This document shows positions 9,882-19,033 of a stretch of 64,000 bases of DNA, piece after piece. The stretch is from an uncultured archaeon (GTDB taxonomy: Archaea; Thermoproteota; Nitrososphaeria; Nitrososphaerales; Gagatemarchaeaceae): NCBI GenBank assembly GCA_963817525.1, contig CAWFOU010000007.1:1152001-1216000 (forward strand). The letters are read 5' to 3'. The number at the start of each line of letters is the position of its first letter. Positions within the stretch are counted from its first letter, which is position 1. The notes beneath the pieces are model-generated. The model searched no databases. It was not told where the DNA came from and saw nothing but the letters and a program-made list of their open reading frames with translations. The position numbers and the translations under genes are program-made.

Positions 9882-10892
9882 ATGATCAACACACCCCTGG
9901 TCAGCGTCACGGGGAACTATGACGTCACCGACGACATCATCATCTGCGACCTCCTACAGTTCGTCGGCGTCACGCCCCAGCTCGTGATACGCCCGATGCC
10001 GGGCGCCCAGCTGGGTGCCCGGCGCCTCCTGAAGATAGTCGCCAAGGTAATCGACACGACAGGGTCGACGGGCGCGACGATCACCTACAACATGGACAAC
10101 AACTTGGAATTGCCGCTGGGCAACATCCCCTCCTTCGCCGACCCGACGACCCAGGCAAAGACCGGAGCTGCCGGGTCGCCTAACTCCCCACAGATCCCCA
10201 TTATCGATAACGCATCGCCGAGCTGGCTGCCAGCTCCCCCGGGGCCCTTCCCAAAGGCCGCGGCCGGTGGCGACGGGTTTGCCGGGGGTAGGGGAGGCAC
10301 TGGGGTGCAGGGGATGGACGGTCCTACCGTAGAGATCTGGACTACGAACGTGATAGGGTCGGTGACGATCGACCTCAGAGGACAGCAGGGCGGCAACGGC
10401 GGAAACGGAGGCAACGGGCAGAACGGCGGAACAGGGCAGCCAGGGTCCGTTGCCGTCACGGGGACCGACACCACGTGGCTTGGCGTGCCTAACGCCACCT
10501 GCGCCCAGCAGCCAGGACTGCCCGGCGACGGAGGGCGCGGAGGAAACGCGGGCTGCGGCGGCGACGGCGGCGACGCGGGAAACGGAGGGTTCGTCAAGAT
10601 ATTCTACACAAGCGGCGTGAACCTGGCGGGGCTCCCCACGCTACTCCAGGGGGGCAAGGGCGGGGCTCCTGGGAACCCGGGCAAGCCTGGGACGGGAGGC
10701 AATGCGGGGCCGCTGGCGCTCAACATCCCCGTGGAGTGCGGGACCGCCCAGAACTCCCAGAACGGGGCCAACGGTGATTCGTGCGGGGGAGACAACGTGA
10801 CGGCGGGGGGTCTCGGCATCTCGCAGGTTGGAAGCCCCGGGACCGATGGAACCCTCACGACCTACCAGGTACAGGCCATCCCGCAGGACTAG
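9882..10892 (+). CDS. Glycine-rich protein 2, paralog of 8939..9880
   Basis: Collinear shared blocks GPFP.AA.GGDG, GQ.GG.GGNGGNG, GNGG.V..F, GKGGAPGNPG.PG.GG and YQ. Confidence 0.8.
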   Translation: MINTPLVSVTGNYDVTDDIIICDLLQFVGVTPQLVIRPMPGAQLGARRLLKIVAKVIDTTGSTGATITYNMDNNLELPLGNIPSFADPTTQAKTGAAGSPNSPQIPIIDNASPSWLPAPPGPFPKAAAGGDGFAGGRGGTGVQGMDGPTVEIWTTNVIGSVTIDLRGQQGGNGGNGGNGQNGGTGQPGSVAVTGTDTTWLGVPNATCAQQPGLPGDGGRGGNAGCGGDGGDAGNGGFVKIFYTSGVNLAGLPTLLQGGKGGAPGNPGKPGTGGNAGPLALNIPVECGTAQNSQNGANGDSCGGDNVTAGGLGISQVGSPGTDGTLTTYQVQAIPQD

Positions 10893-10909
10893 CAAGTCCG
10901 TGAGCCGCT

Positions 10910-12061
10910 CTACGGGAGGCGACCGTCTCTCGACGGGGCGAGCCGGAGACCCTTCCGGCGTATCTGCCCGGTTATCAACTCCCTGATGCCCTTGGTCCCT
11001 TCGACGCACTTCTGGGCCTCCGTTTCGGCCAGCTCCCCGCCGAAGATGGTCTCGACGTCATCGAGTATCTGGGGACACGCGGCCTGGACGGACTCCTTGA
11101 ATGGCCTGAAAGGCACGTAGAACGAGGTCTCCCCCCCCTGCCTCGCCTCCTCGAGGACGACGGGGCACCGAGAGAGGGAGTATGCCCAGAACCTTAGGAA
11201 GAAGTTAGCGTTCGCGTGGTCCCCTGCTGCTATCAGGGCTCGCCCCACCGCCTCCCTGTACTCAAGCTCCAGCGGGGAGATGGAGTAGAGGTAGTGGCCG
11301 CGCGTCCTTTCGCGGAGGCCCTGGACTTGGCGGGGCGCCTCCATGGCGGTCACGGCGGCGTGCAGGTTCTCCAGCACCTTTAGCGAGGGTGAAGCGTCCG
11401 CTTCGAGGCGGAGGTTGGCCTTGACCATCTCCTCTAGCCCAATGCCCGTCTCGGCGGACATCCGCCTGACCTTCGCCATTGGCCGCGTCAAGAGGCTCAT
11501 GACGCTCTGTTCCAGGCAGTCGGCAAGGGCCGTCAGGTAATACGAGTGCGCCACTTGAAGAAAGAACACCGCCGCCGGGGGAAAATCGAGATTCCTCGTC
11601 GCCTCCTTTAGAGCGGCGTCGCCGAAATTGATTTGTCCGCTCAGCCTCTTCTCCCAGGCGCCCCTCTCGCGCATGCTCAGCCTGACGTTCTCGATCATCG
11701 CCCCTATCGCCTCCGACCGTGTGGAGATGGGGTCGGACTCCCAGAGCAGATGGGGGAGCGTCATGAAGCCGGCTGCCTCGACAGGGTCGAGCAGTGCCGA
11801 CGCCGGTATCCACAGGACATCGACAAACACCCGGCCCCAGGAGCCCTCGACGGTTGTCCTCTGGGGCAGCTCCTCCGGCCTCTCCCAGATGGCCACCAGG
11901 TCTACGTCTGCCACCTCGGGGCAGTCTCCGTCGATGAGGGGCTTTCTGCAGCGGACGGCCAGGGGGCTCGGCACCAGCACGCGAGAGGCCGTATCCGCGG
12001 CCTCCCACAGCCCTGCCTCGGAGTATCCATGGCTGCCCCGCACCGCTCGGCCCTCTGACAT
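10910..12061 (-). CDS. Putative Pol-beta-type nucleotidyltransferase-like protein with helical C-terminus
   Basis: Real start MSEG at 12061 (TGATG overlap). ADVDLVAIW followed by VFVDVLW gives a DxD...D pattern; the function is inferred. Confidence 0.55.
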   Translation of the reverse strand: MSEGRAVRGSHGYSEAGLWEAADTASRVLVPSPLAVRCRKPLIDGDCPEVADVDLVAIWERPEELPQRTTVEGSWGRVFVDVLWIPASALLDPVEAAGFMTLPHLLWESDPISTRSEAIGAMIENVRLSMRERGAWEKRLSGQINFGDAALKEATRNLDFPPAAVFFLQVAHSYYLTALADCLEQSVMSLLTRPMAKVRRMSAETGIGLEEMVKANLRLEADASPSLKVLENLHAAVTAMEAPRQVQGLRERTRGHYLYSISPLELEYREAVGRALIAAGDHANANFFLRFWAYSLSRCPVVLEEARQGGETSFYVPFRPFKESVQAACPQILDDVETIFGGELAETEAQKCVEGTKGIRELITGQIRRKGLRLAPSRDGRLP

Positions 12062-13125
12062 CACATCTCGCCCTTCGAGATCCTCTCGTCGAGCTCCGAG
12101 AGTGCCGCGAGCGCCGTCGCCGTCGTGTAGAGCCGACGGTGGTCCCTGATGACCGCGTTTATTGCCTTCCCGTCTCGCGCCCAGAGCTGCTGCTTCCAGG
12201 GCTCCTTCGTCGACGGGTGGGGGATCCTCAGGATGTGATGAGAGTTCCAGCTCCCGTCGGCGAGCTGGTCGGTGAGGAGCCATTGCACTCCCTTCTTGAC
12301 GCTCTCCGAGAAATCCGCGCGGGGGTCCACTGCAAGACCTCTCAGGGCCAGGGCGGTCGAGAAGGGGATGCCTCCGGCCGTCTGGGAGTCGCTCCAGGCG
12401 CCGCTGTCGAGCTGGGTCTTCGCAATCCACTCCTGCGCGCTGCCGACGCGCCTCGCGTCGTCCGCATCTCCCCGGGCCTTCAGAAGCGCCATGCAATTGA
12501 CCGTCGAGTAGAGCCTCTCGCTCCACCAGTAGGGCTCCCAGTACCCTTCGGCGGTCTGGCCCCTCCTGACGTAGCCCAGGGCCTCGTCCACGCCCACCGT
12601 GGAGCCAGCACACAGGATGGCCCGGGCAGCCACCGGGGTGACACACATCTGGGAGGACGACCAACCCTCGAACGAGACGCTCGCGTCCAGCATCATGTAG
12701 CGCCCCACCTCGCTGGGCTTCGCGTATGTCCTGAACCCTCCGTCGACCGGGTTCTGGTGCGTCCTTAGGAAGCCCACCGCCCTCTCGCGGCTTTCGGCGC
12801 CCTGCGTCCCTAGCCTCGCGAGGAAGAGGAGGCACCAGGAGGTCGAGTCGGCGTCGGAGGGGACCCCTGGACCGTATCCCCAGCCTCCGTCATCCCCCTG
12901 GCGCTCGAGGATGCCCGAGCCGGCCCTCGCGAGAAGCCTCTTCTTGGCCTCGTCTCCCGACGCGGCGCCTCCGGCCAGGGCGCAGCCCACGTAGCCGGTG
13001 ACCCAGTACAAGCTCTCGCCGGCCAGGGTCAGGAAGTCCGACCAGAACCCGTCGGGGTTGACGCTCGCCTCGATGAAGCGCGTGGCTGCCTCGAGGGCGG
13101 GTCTCAGCCTCTCTGGTCGCTCCAA
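12061..13125 (-). CDS. Prenyltransferase/squalene-hopene cyclase repeat protein (single-domain class II terpene cyclase-like)
   Basis: Multiple QW repeats (QGDDGGWG, QNPVDGGF, QTAEGYW, QLDSGAW, QLADGSW) and PSDADST at the DxDD position. Confidence 0.8.
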   Translation of the reverse strand: MERPERLRPALEAATRFIEASVNPDGFWSDFLTLAGESLYWVTGYVGCALAGGAASGDEAKKRLLARAGSGILERQGDDGGWGYGPGVPSDADSTSWCLLFLARLGTQGAESRERAVGFLRTHQNPVDGGFRTYAKPSEVGRYMMLDASVSFEGWSSSQMCVTPVAARAILCAGSTVGVDEALGYVRRGQTAEGYWEPYWWSERLYSTVNCMALLKARGDADDARRVGSAQEWIAKTQLDSGAWSDSQTAGGIPFSTALALRGLAVDPRADFSESVKKGVQWLLTDQLADGSWNSHHILRIPHPSTKEPWKQQLWARDGKAINAVIRDHRRLYTTATALAALSELDERISKGEM

Positions 13126-13161
13126 CCTACCGCCTCTGCCCTTACCCCGGTCACGAGCGGT

Positions 13162-15192
13162 CTAGGGAGGCGGACCTACGTCGCCTTCGAGGACCACTTC
13201 GCTCGAGTTGATGCTTATCCCGAGATACGGCAGCGGTATCTGGAGGTTGATCACCGACGGCCCGATCACTCCTGTCACGCTTCCCAGGTTGCCCACGGGC
13301 AGCGCGAGGGGGTTGTTGATGGGGTTCGGGACGGACAGCGAGACGGGGTCCGGTATCGAGAAGATGGGAGGGCCGTTGGTCAGGAAGCTGTAGAGGGCGT
13401 TATCGAGGAGCGTGGTGAGCCCCAAGGCGTTCGAGTTGACGATGTCGTCCACGATCGTCTCGGCGAACTGGGTGGCGTCGGTGAGTATCGCGGTTATCGC
13501 CCCTCCGATCAGCGTCAAGGCCGCGTTCAGCAGGTCGGTGATCACCGACTGTAGCGGCTGGGGATAGCCGCTGAAGAGGCCGTCGAAGAAGTTCTCTATC
13601 CCGTTCGTGATCGCGCTGATGAGCGCCGGGGTGAGCTCGGCGGGCACCACGAATATGGGCAGCTGGGGGACCACGTAGAGCTCCCACTTGTTGGGGGTCC
13701 CCGCGGCGAGGTACAGGGCCGGCTCCAGGACGATGCTGGCCTGGCTCGCGATGCCGCTGAGGTCCACGGGGATGGTTATCGGGTTCTGGGGCCCGAAGAG
13801 GGTGAACCCGCCGATGTTCACGGCCGGGATTATCGTGACCCCGTCCACGACCAGCGCCGGGGTGTGGATGCCGGGGACCGAGATCTGCGGCAGGTTGATG
13901 TTGATCCAGAACTTTAGCGTGTCCCAGGTGACGGTCACGTCCTTGACGTAGATTGAGCCGTTGGGCTGCGCCGTCGTCGGGTTCTGCAGAGTCACCGTCC
14001 CGCCGGTCAGCGAGGCGGCGACCTGGTACTGGAACCACACGCCCGGGGACGCCGACTGGTTCCCGTAAGTCCCCTTGGGCTGGGTCCCTCCCGGCGAGGT
14101 GGGAGAGGGGACCTCCACCTCGATGCCTCCGGGCGTCAGCAGCGTCCCGAATATCTTGTTGATGATGCCCTGCGAGATCGCCAGAGTAAAGTCGAGAGGC
14201 CCCGTCGTCGGCCTGGACACCTGCGTCTTGGAGGCGGATCCCCCCTGCCCCGAGCCCGGCGTCCCTAGGCCGCCAGGCAGCCCCACGACCTCCGAGTTCA
14301 GCTGGATGTCGGCGTCGATGAAGAGCTTGAGCTGGTCGTCCTCGATTGCCGGATTGTTGGGGACTGAAGTCGAGGGCCACGCCTGAAGGAGGAACGACGT
14401 CGGGCCGCCCTGGAACATCCCCTGCATCGAAGCGGGCAGCAGCGCCAGCGGGTCTATCCCGTTCTTCACGTCCAGCAAAAGCAGGTTCACGGTATTGCTC
14501 AGCGAGGAGAGGACATTGTTCGCAAAGTACTGGAGGTAGCAGTCGATGAGGTGCCGCAGGCCGTCAGGCTTGATGCCCGCGAGGTCGACCCCATCGAGAT
14601 GCGCGTTGAGGAACCTCGTAGAGTGCGGGTTCCTGAGCGCGCCCTCCACGTAGAGGTTCAGGGAGAAGCAGTCCAGGCTCACGCTTGGGCCGCTCGCCTC
14701 GCCCTTCGGGCTCCTCTTCTCGGTCGGGCAGGAGGCGCCGAGGTAGGCTTGCGCGTGGAAGAGAAAGTGCTGGTGCTTCAGCGGCGAGGGGACGGACGAA
14801 GACGGGATGGGTATCGTGTTTCCCGGGTAGAAGTCGACCTGGAGCTGCGACAGCTGGACGAGGTAGTTGAGGGAGGGTATCGGGAGGTAAAGGTTGAACG
14901 GGACCGTCTGCGACTTCCCCCTGCTAGTCGGGAAGAGGGGAGCCGGAAGGGTGATCGTGCTCTGGTCCACAATCGGAGGGATGTAGGGGAGAGATAACGT
15001 AGAGACGAGCGGGTCATCGGAGTCTATCGGGGCAGCGTCGATTCCGTTGCACGCGAGCTGGGGGTTGCTCGCGACCGAAGGCGAGCCGATGTTGAAGAAC
15101 GAAGGAAGCTCCAGCATCACCTGGCTGACCAGGTCGTTGATTCCCTTTTCGTGGACCGCAACGTAGATGTCGCAATTGGCCGTATACACCAT
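13162..15192 (-). CDS. Large hypothetical protein with two related domains, possibly a TULIP/BPI-like lipid-binding fold
   Basis: 676-aa ORF with host-like codon usage. The halves begin DIYVAVHEKGINDLV and DFTLAISQGIINKIF and are joined by a Gly/Ser linker. Confidence 0.7.
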   Translation of the reverse strand: MVYTANCDIYVAVHEKGINDLVSQVMLELPSFFNIGSPSVASNPQLACNGIDAAPIDSDDPLVSTLSLPYIPPIVDQSTITLPAPLFPTSRGKSQTVPFNLYLPIPSLNYLVQLSQLQVDFYPGNTIPIPSSSVPSPLKHQHFLFHAQAYLGASCPTEKRSPKGEASGPSVSLDCFSLNLYVEGALRNPHSTRFLNAHLDGVDLAGIKPDGLRHLIDCYLQYFANNVLSSLSNTVNLLLLDVKNGIDPLALLPASMQGMFQGGPTSFLLQAWPSTSVPNNPAIEDDQLKLFIDADIQLNSEVVGLPGGLGTPGSGQGGSASKTQVSRPTTGPLDFTLAISQGIINKIFGTLLTPGGIEVEVPSPTSPGGTQPKGTYGNQSASPGVWFQYQVAASLTGGTVTLQNPTTAQPNGSIYVKDVTVTWDTLKFWININLPQISVPGIHTPALVVDGVTIIPAVNIGGFTLFGPQNPITIPVDLSGIASQASIVLEPALYLAAGTPNKWELYVVPQLPIFVVPAELTPALISAITNGIENFFDGLFSGYPQPLQSVITDLLNAALTLIGGAITAILTDATQFAETIVDDIVNSNALGLTTLLDNALYSFLTNGPPIFSIPDPVSLSVPNPINNPLALPVGNLGSVTGVIGPSVINLQIPLPYLGISINSSEVVLEGDVGPPP

Positions 15193-15294
15193 AAATCCAT
15201 CACACTCGGCGTTGATTATTTATGCATGTTCTAAATTCCAGAGGCCTCGGAAGGAGTGGTCAGCTAATATACTCAATCGGGGCCTCGACGACGC

Positions 15295-15681
15295 ATGCTT
15301 GACTCGCTCAAGCAGATCTTCCTGATGACGTGGCTCTGGAGCATCTTCGCGGGCTTCTACCTGGTGGCCTACGCGTTCTGGGTCCCGAGGCTCTTCTCGA
15401 GCCTCCCCGTCATCGTTTTGGTGATCCTGGTGACCCTGGCGCTCGGAGGGACCGTACTCGCCGACGGGTTCTCGAGGGCGCTGCAGCTCCAGACCGGAGC
15501 CTCCCCGAAGGCATTGCCGTTCGTGCGCGCTAGGCAGTTGGTCGGGGGCCTGGTCCTCCTGGCCTATCTCTCGGTGTACCTGCCTCCCGGAGGAAGAATA
15601 GTCGCCCACTGGCCCCTGGACCTGGCCATAACGGTGCTTTCCGGCGTGATACTGGTCGTCTACGCAATCGCGAACAAATGA
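15295..15681 (+). CDS. Four-TM membrane protein
   Basis: Four hydrophobic helices. Confidence 0.7.
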   Translation: MLDSLKQIFLMTWLWSIFAGFYLVAYAFWVPRLFSSLPVIVLVILVTLALGGTVLADGFSRALQLQTGASPKALPFVRARQLVGGLVLLAYLSVYLPPGGRIVAHWPLDLAITVLSGVILVVYAIANK

Positions 15682-15792
15682 AGGACACTCGGCACTTCGC
15701 GGCTGGATCGAGGCATCGTCCAGACCTGTGATTTCTCGAAGCCGTCGCACGCCGACCTCTCCCCTAATTAGCCCGCTCGCCATCCCGTCGGC

Positions 15793-16992
15793 ATGGAAAG
15801 ACGGAGGGCTCTGTCCCTCGTCGCGGTCCTGCTCCCAGCCCTCCTCTACTCCTTCTACCGCTTCTCCATAGGGGCGCTCGTCCCCTCATTCGAGGCCACC
15901 TACTCGATCAGCGATGCGACCGCGGGAGGGGTGATCTCCGCCTCCGTGGGCCTGGTCGCCATCGGCGTGTTCGTGGGAGGCCTCCTGGCCCAGAGGCTCG
16001 GCGACGTCCGGACGATACTGCTAGGCCTTGCCATCTTCACGGCCTTCGAGGCCGCTGTCCTCGCAGCCCACAACCTCTGGGAGTTCTCCGTCGTGTTCTT
16101 CGTCGCCTCCTTCGGCGTCGGGATGGTGATAACACCGAGCTATGGGGTGATAGCCTCCCTCCTTCCTGGGAGGAGGGGCCTCGCCGTGAGCCTCCTGAGC
16201 GCCTCTTACAGCTCAGGCGGCTTCGTCGGCCCCTCGCTCGCCGGCATCCTGCTCGTCTACCGCGGTTGGGACGCTCCCTTCGCCGCCCTCGCCGTCATCG
16301 GCGCGGGCTTCGCGGTCTTCTTCGCCGCCGTCCTCGGGATGTCCGGGCGAACGGAGGAGGCGCGACCGCCGATATCTTACAGGAAGGCGCTCGCGAGCCG
16401 CATGGTGGTCGCGCTCGCGGTCGCCGACTTCTTCGCAGACCTGGGGTTTCTCGTCTTCGTCTCTTGGACACCCAAGTACCTGATAACCGCCTTCTCGGTC
16501 ACCGGAGGAGGGACGGCCACCGTCGACACGATCTTCGGCGTGGGGGTGGGCCTGGGCGGGGCCGGAGCGCTCGCGGCGGGCGTGCTCTTCGACAAGTTGG
16601 GCGGAAGGAGGAGCGCCCTCATCAGCGGGAGCCTCTCTGCGCTGTCGCTCCTGGGACTCTACCTCGCCTCGCCCCTCCCGCTGGCCCTTGCAGCGGCGCT
16701 CCTCGCTGGCTTCCTCTCCAACTCGTTCTGGCCTCTCATGACAGCGATGGCCCAGGTGAGCGTCCCCGAAGGGCAGGTCACCTCGGCGACCAGCCTCGTC
16801 CAGACCGCGGGGTTCATCGGCGCCTTCATCGGCCCCGGGCTCGCCGGGATAATCGGGGGGGCCGTGTCGTCGGCGCTCATCCTCGCCACCGTCGTGCCGT
16901 ACACCGTCTTCTTCCTGGTCATCCTGGCCCGCTATAGGAACCCGAGGCCCTTCGCGGCCAAAGAAGGCTCCGGGCCCGAGTCTCTGGTATAG
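15793..16992 (+). CDS. MFS transporter (12 TM)
   Basis: Motif A copies GLLAQRLGDVR and GVLFDKLGGRR. Confidence 0.9.
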   Translation: MERRRALSLVAVLLPALLYSFYRFSIGALVPSFEATYSISDATAGGVISASVGLVAIGVFVGGLLAQRLGDVRTILLGLAIFTAFEAAVLAAHNLWEFSVVFFVASFGVGMVITPSYGVIASLLPGRRGLAVSLLSASYSSGGFVGPSLAGILLVYRGWDAPFAALAVIGAGFAVFFAAVLGMSGRTEEARPPISYRKALASRMVVALAVADFFADLGFLVFVSWTPKYLITAFSVTGGGTATVDTIFGVGVGLGGAGALAAGVLFDKLGGRRSALISGSLSALSLLGLYLASPLPLALAAALLAGFLSNSFWPLMTAMAQVSVPEGQVTSATSLVQTAGFIGAFIGPGLAGIIGGAVSSALILATVVPYTVFFLVILARYRNPRPFAAKEGSGPESLV

Positions 16993-17040
16993 ATTTCTTG
17001 TCCCTAACCACCTTTAAGCCGGACAGCCGCTTGTCTCGCA

Positions 17041-17229
17041 TTGATTCAGGACAAGATGGTCGAGCTCAAGCTCACCGTCGAGAGGGTGCAGACCGCAATC
17101 GCCCAGCGCGACCGCTCGGGCCTCCGCTTTGTCAGGATGGTCTCCTTCACCGTGACCGAGACCATAACGACAGACCGCATGCTCGTCACCGACGAGGCGG
17201 TGCGGTGCCTCAACCCTCCTACGTCATAG
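17041..17229 (+). CDS. Small hypothetical protein
   Basis: Short ORF preceded by a TTTAAG TATA-like box, with GC3-rich codons. Confidence 0.45.
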   Translation: MIQDKMVELKLTVERVQTAIAQRDRSGLRFVRMVSFTVTETITTDRMLVTDEAVRCLNPPTS

Positions 17230-17289
17230 GGATGCGCTAATAGGGCGGGAAGGCGACCCGACCGCGCACATGGAGCGCGAGCCAACGCC

Positions 17290-18003
17290 TTGAACGGTCG
17301 CGTGTACGTCGGCGTCTCCGGCTTCAGCTACCCGCGCTGGAGGGGGAAGTTCTATCCCAAGGAGGCGAAGAGCGAGGAGCTCCTTGCCCAGTATGCCCGC
17401 CGCCTCGGCACGGTGGAGATCAACAGCTCCTTCTACGCGGCTCCCAAGCCAGCCGCGGTCGAGGCCTGGGCCGGCAGGACGGGCGAGGAGTTCAGGTTCG
17501 CGTTCAAGGCTCCCCAGCTCATCACCCACATCCTGAAGCTCGGCGGGGGAGCCCCGGACGCCGCCGTCACGCTCGCCTCGACGCTTGAGCTCCTAGGCCC
17601 GAGGCTCGGCCCCGTCCTCTTCCAGCTCCCCCCTTACATGAAACAGGACCTGAAGCTCCTCGACGCGTTCCTCTCCAAGACCCCGGGCGTCAAGCAGAGG
17701 GTCTTCGAGTTCAGGCACAAGTCTTGGCTAGACGCCGCCACCTACAGGATGCTGGAGAAGCACGAGACAGGGTTCTGCATCGCGGAGACAGAGGAGATGG
17801 CCGCCACCTTCCAGGTCACCGGAGGCCTGGCGTATTTCAGGCTCCGGCTAGACTCGTACGACGCGAGGGCCGTGGACAGGTGGGCGGGGAGCATAGCCGA
17901 CATCACAAAGGGGCTCGCGGACAGCTACGTCTACCTCAGGCACGACGAGACGGGTGAGAACGCCCTGCTCGCCGTGCGGCTCGCCGAGAAGCTGCGCCGC
18001 TGA
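17290..18003 (+). CDS. DUF72 (YecE family) protein
   Basis: Motifs GVSGFSYPRW, TVEINSSFY, LFQLPP, EFRH and YFRL. Confidence 0.92.
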   Translation: MNGRVYVGVSGFSYPRWRGKFYPKEAKSEELLAQYARRLGTVEINSSFYAAPKPAAVEAWAGRTGEEFRFAFKAPQLITHILKLGGGAPDAAVTLASTLELLGPRLGPVLFQLPPYMKQDLKLLDAFLSKTPGVKQRVFEFRHKSWLDAATYRMLEKHETGFCIAETEEMAATFQVTGGLAYFRLRLDSYDARAVDRWAGSIADITKGLADSYVYLRHDETGENALLAVRLAEKLRR

Positions 18004-18017
18004 AACGGATCGCCCGC

Positions 18018-18671
18018 TCACTCCAGCATGTCGCGGAGGCCCCCGAGGGTCTTACGCACCAGCGCCTCCCTCATGTCCAACGACTCTGAGATGTCCCCCA
18101 CGTCCTCCGTGTGCTCCTCGAGGACCTTGTAGATCACGCGCCTCTTGTCTCCGTCCTCCAGCGCCTCGATCGCCTGGGATGCCGTGTCCATGGCCATGTT
18201 CCTTGCGTAGAGTAGCGCCGCCCTCTCCTTGTCGATCTCGCCCAGCTTCTGGTCGAGGCTCTTGAGCACCTTCGCAAGGGAGGCGAACGCCCGCTTGTCG
18301 CTCTCGGAGATCTTCGAGACCACTGCGATGAAGGAGCTGGCCTCCTCCGAGATGACCTTCCCGTTCACCGTGCCGAAGGCGAATCCGCGCTGGACGAAGA
18401 GGTTGGGGGCCATGTCGAGGGTTATCGACACGCTCTTCGCGAGGGAGTAGTTCCTCCTCTTTGGCGCGCGCGGGCTGCTCTCCATCGCGGAGGTCACCAC
18501 GCCCGCCTTCTCCATCATGGCAAGGTGCTTCGCCACGAGGGGCTGGCCCAACCCGAGCTCCTTGGCGAGCTGGAGGGGGTAGCTCGGCCCGTGGCTCAAC
18601 CTCTTGACGATCCTCCTCCTTATCGGGTTCTCGAGGACCTGCAGCAGCGAGTCCAGCTCATCTTCCTCCAA
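18018..18671 (-). CDS. ArsR-family winged-helix transcriptional regulator (archaeal, coiled-coil C-terminus)
   Basis: LENPIRRRIVKRLS...YPLQLAKELGL...KHL. Confidence 0.88.
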   Translation of the reverse strand: MEEDELDSLLQVLENPIRRRIVKRLSHGPSYPLQLAKELGLGQPLVAKHLAMMEKAGVVTSAMESSPRAPKRRNYSLAKSVSITLDMAPNLFVQRGFAFGTVNGKVISEEASSFIAVVSKISESDKRAFASLAKVLKSLDQKLGEIDKERAALLYARNMAMDTASQAIEALEDGDKRRVIYKVLEEHTEDVGDISESLDMREALVRKTLGGLRDMLE

Positions 18672-18754
18672 GCTCTATCACATCGACTATACTCCACTAT
18701 GTAGTATAGCAATATAAACCTGGCGGCCTCGTCTCCCCGTGGGCCGCCGGGGCC

Positions 18755-18916
18755 TCAGAGCAGAGAGAGCGCGTAGAGGATGAAGAAGACCACGGCAGAG
18801 CCTATCAGGAGGAATATGACGAAAACGGCCGCCACCTTCGTCCAGTTTATCCCGCGGCGCTCCTCCTCGGGAGCGTAGTCATCCTCTCGTTCGCGGCTGC
18901 TCTCGCTGACGGACAA
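18755..18916 (-). CDS. Small single-TM protein
   Basis: Charged N-terminus followed by one hydrophobic helix; TTG start inferred. Confidence 0.55.
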   Translation of the reverse strand: MSVSESSREREDDYAPEEERRGINWTKVAAVFVIFLLIGSAVVFFILYALSLL

Positions 18917-19033
18917 GCGCACCCCGCGTCGCGGCACGGGGCGTATACATGTTTCCATCCCCCAAAGGCTCTCACTCGGATTGAGGACAGGGGACTCTAC
19001 TCTGCGCGAGGCAGTTGCGATATTGGACGCCCG

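Noticed and set aside
8939-10892. Repetitive GC-rich DNA as a CRISPR array or tandem repeat
   Set aside because: Explained by Gly-rich coding; no identical spaced repeats were seen anywhere in the window
12062-12835. N-terminal 258 aa of ORF 10910..12835
   Set aside because: Overlaps the cyclase gene in another frame; the real start is the coupled ATG at 12061
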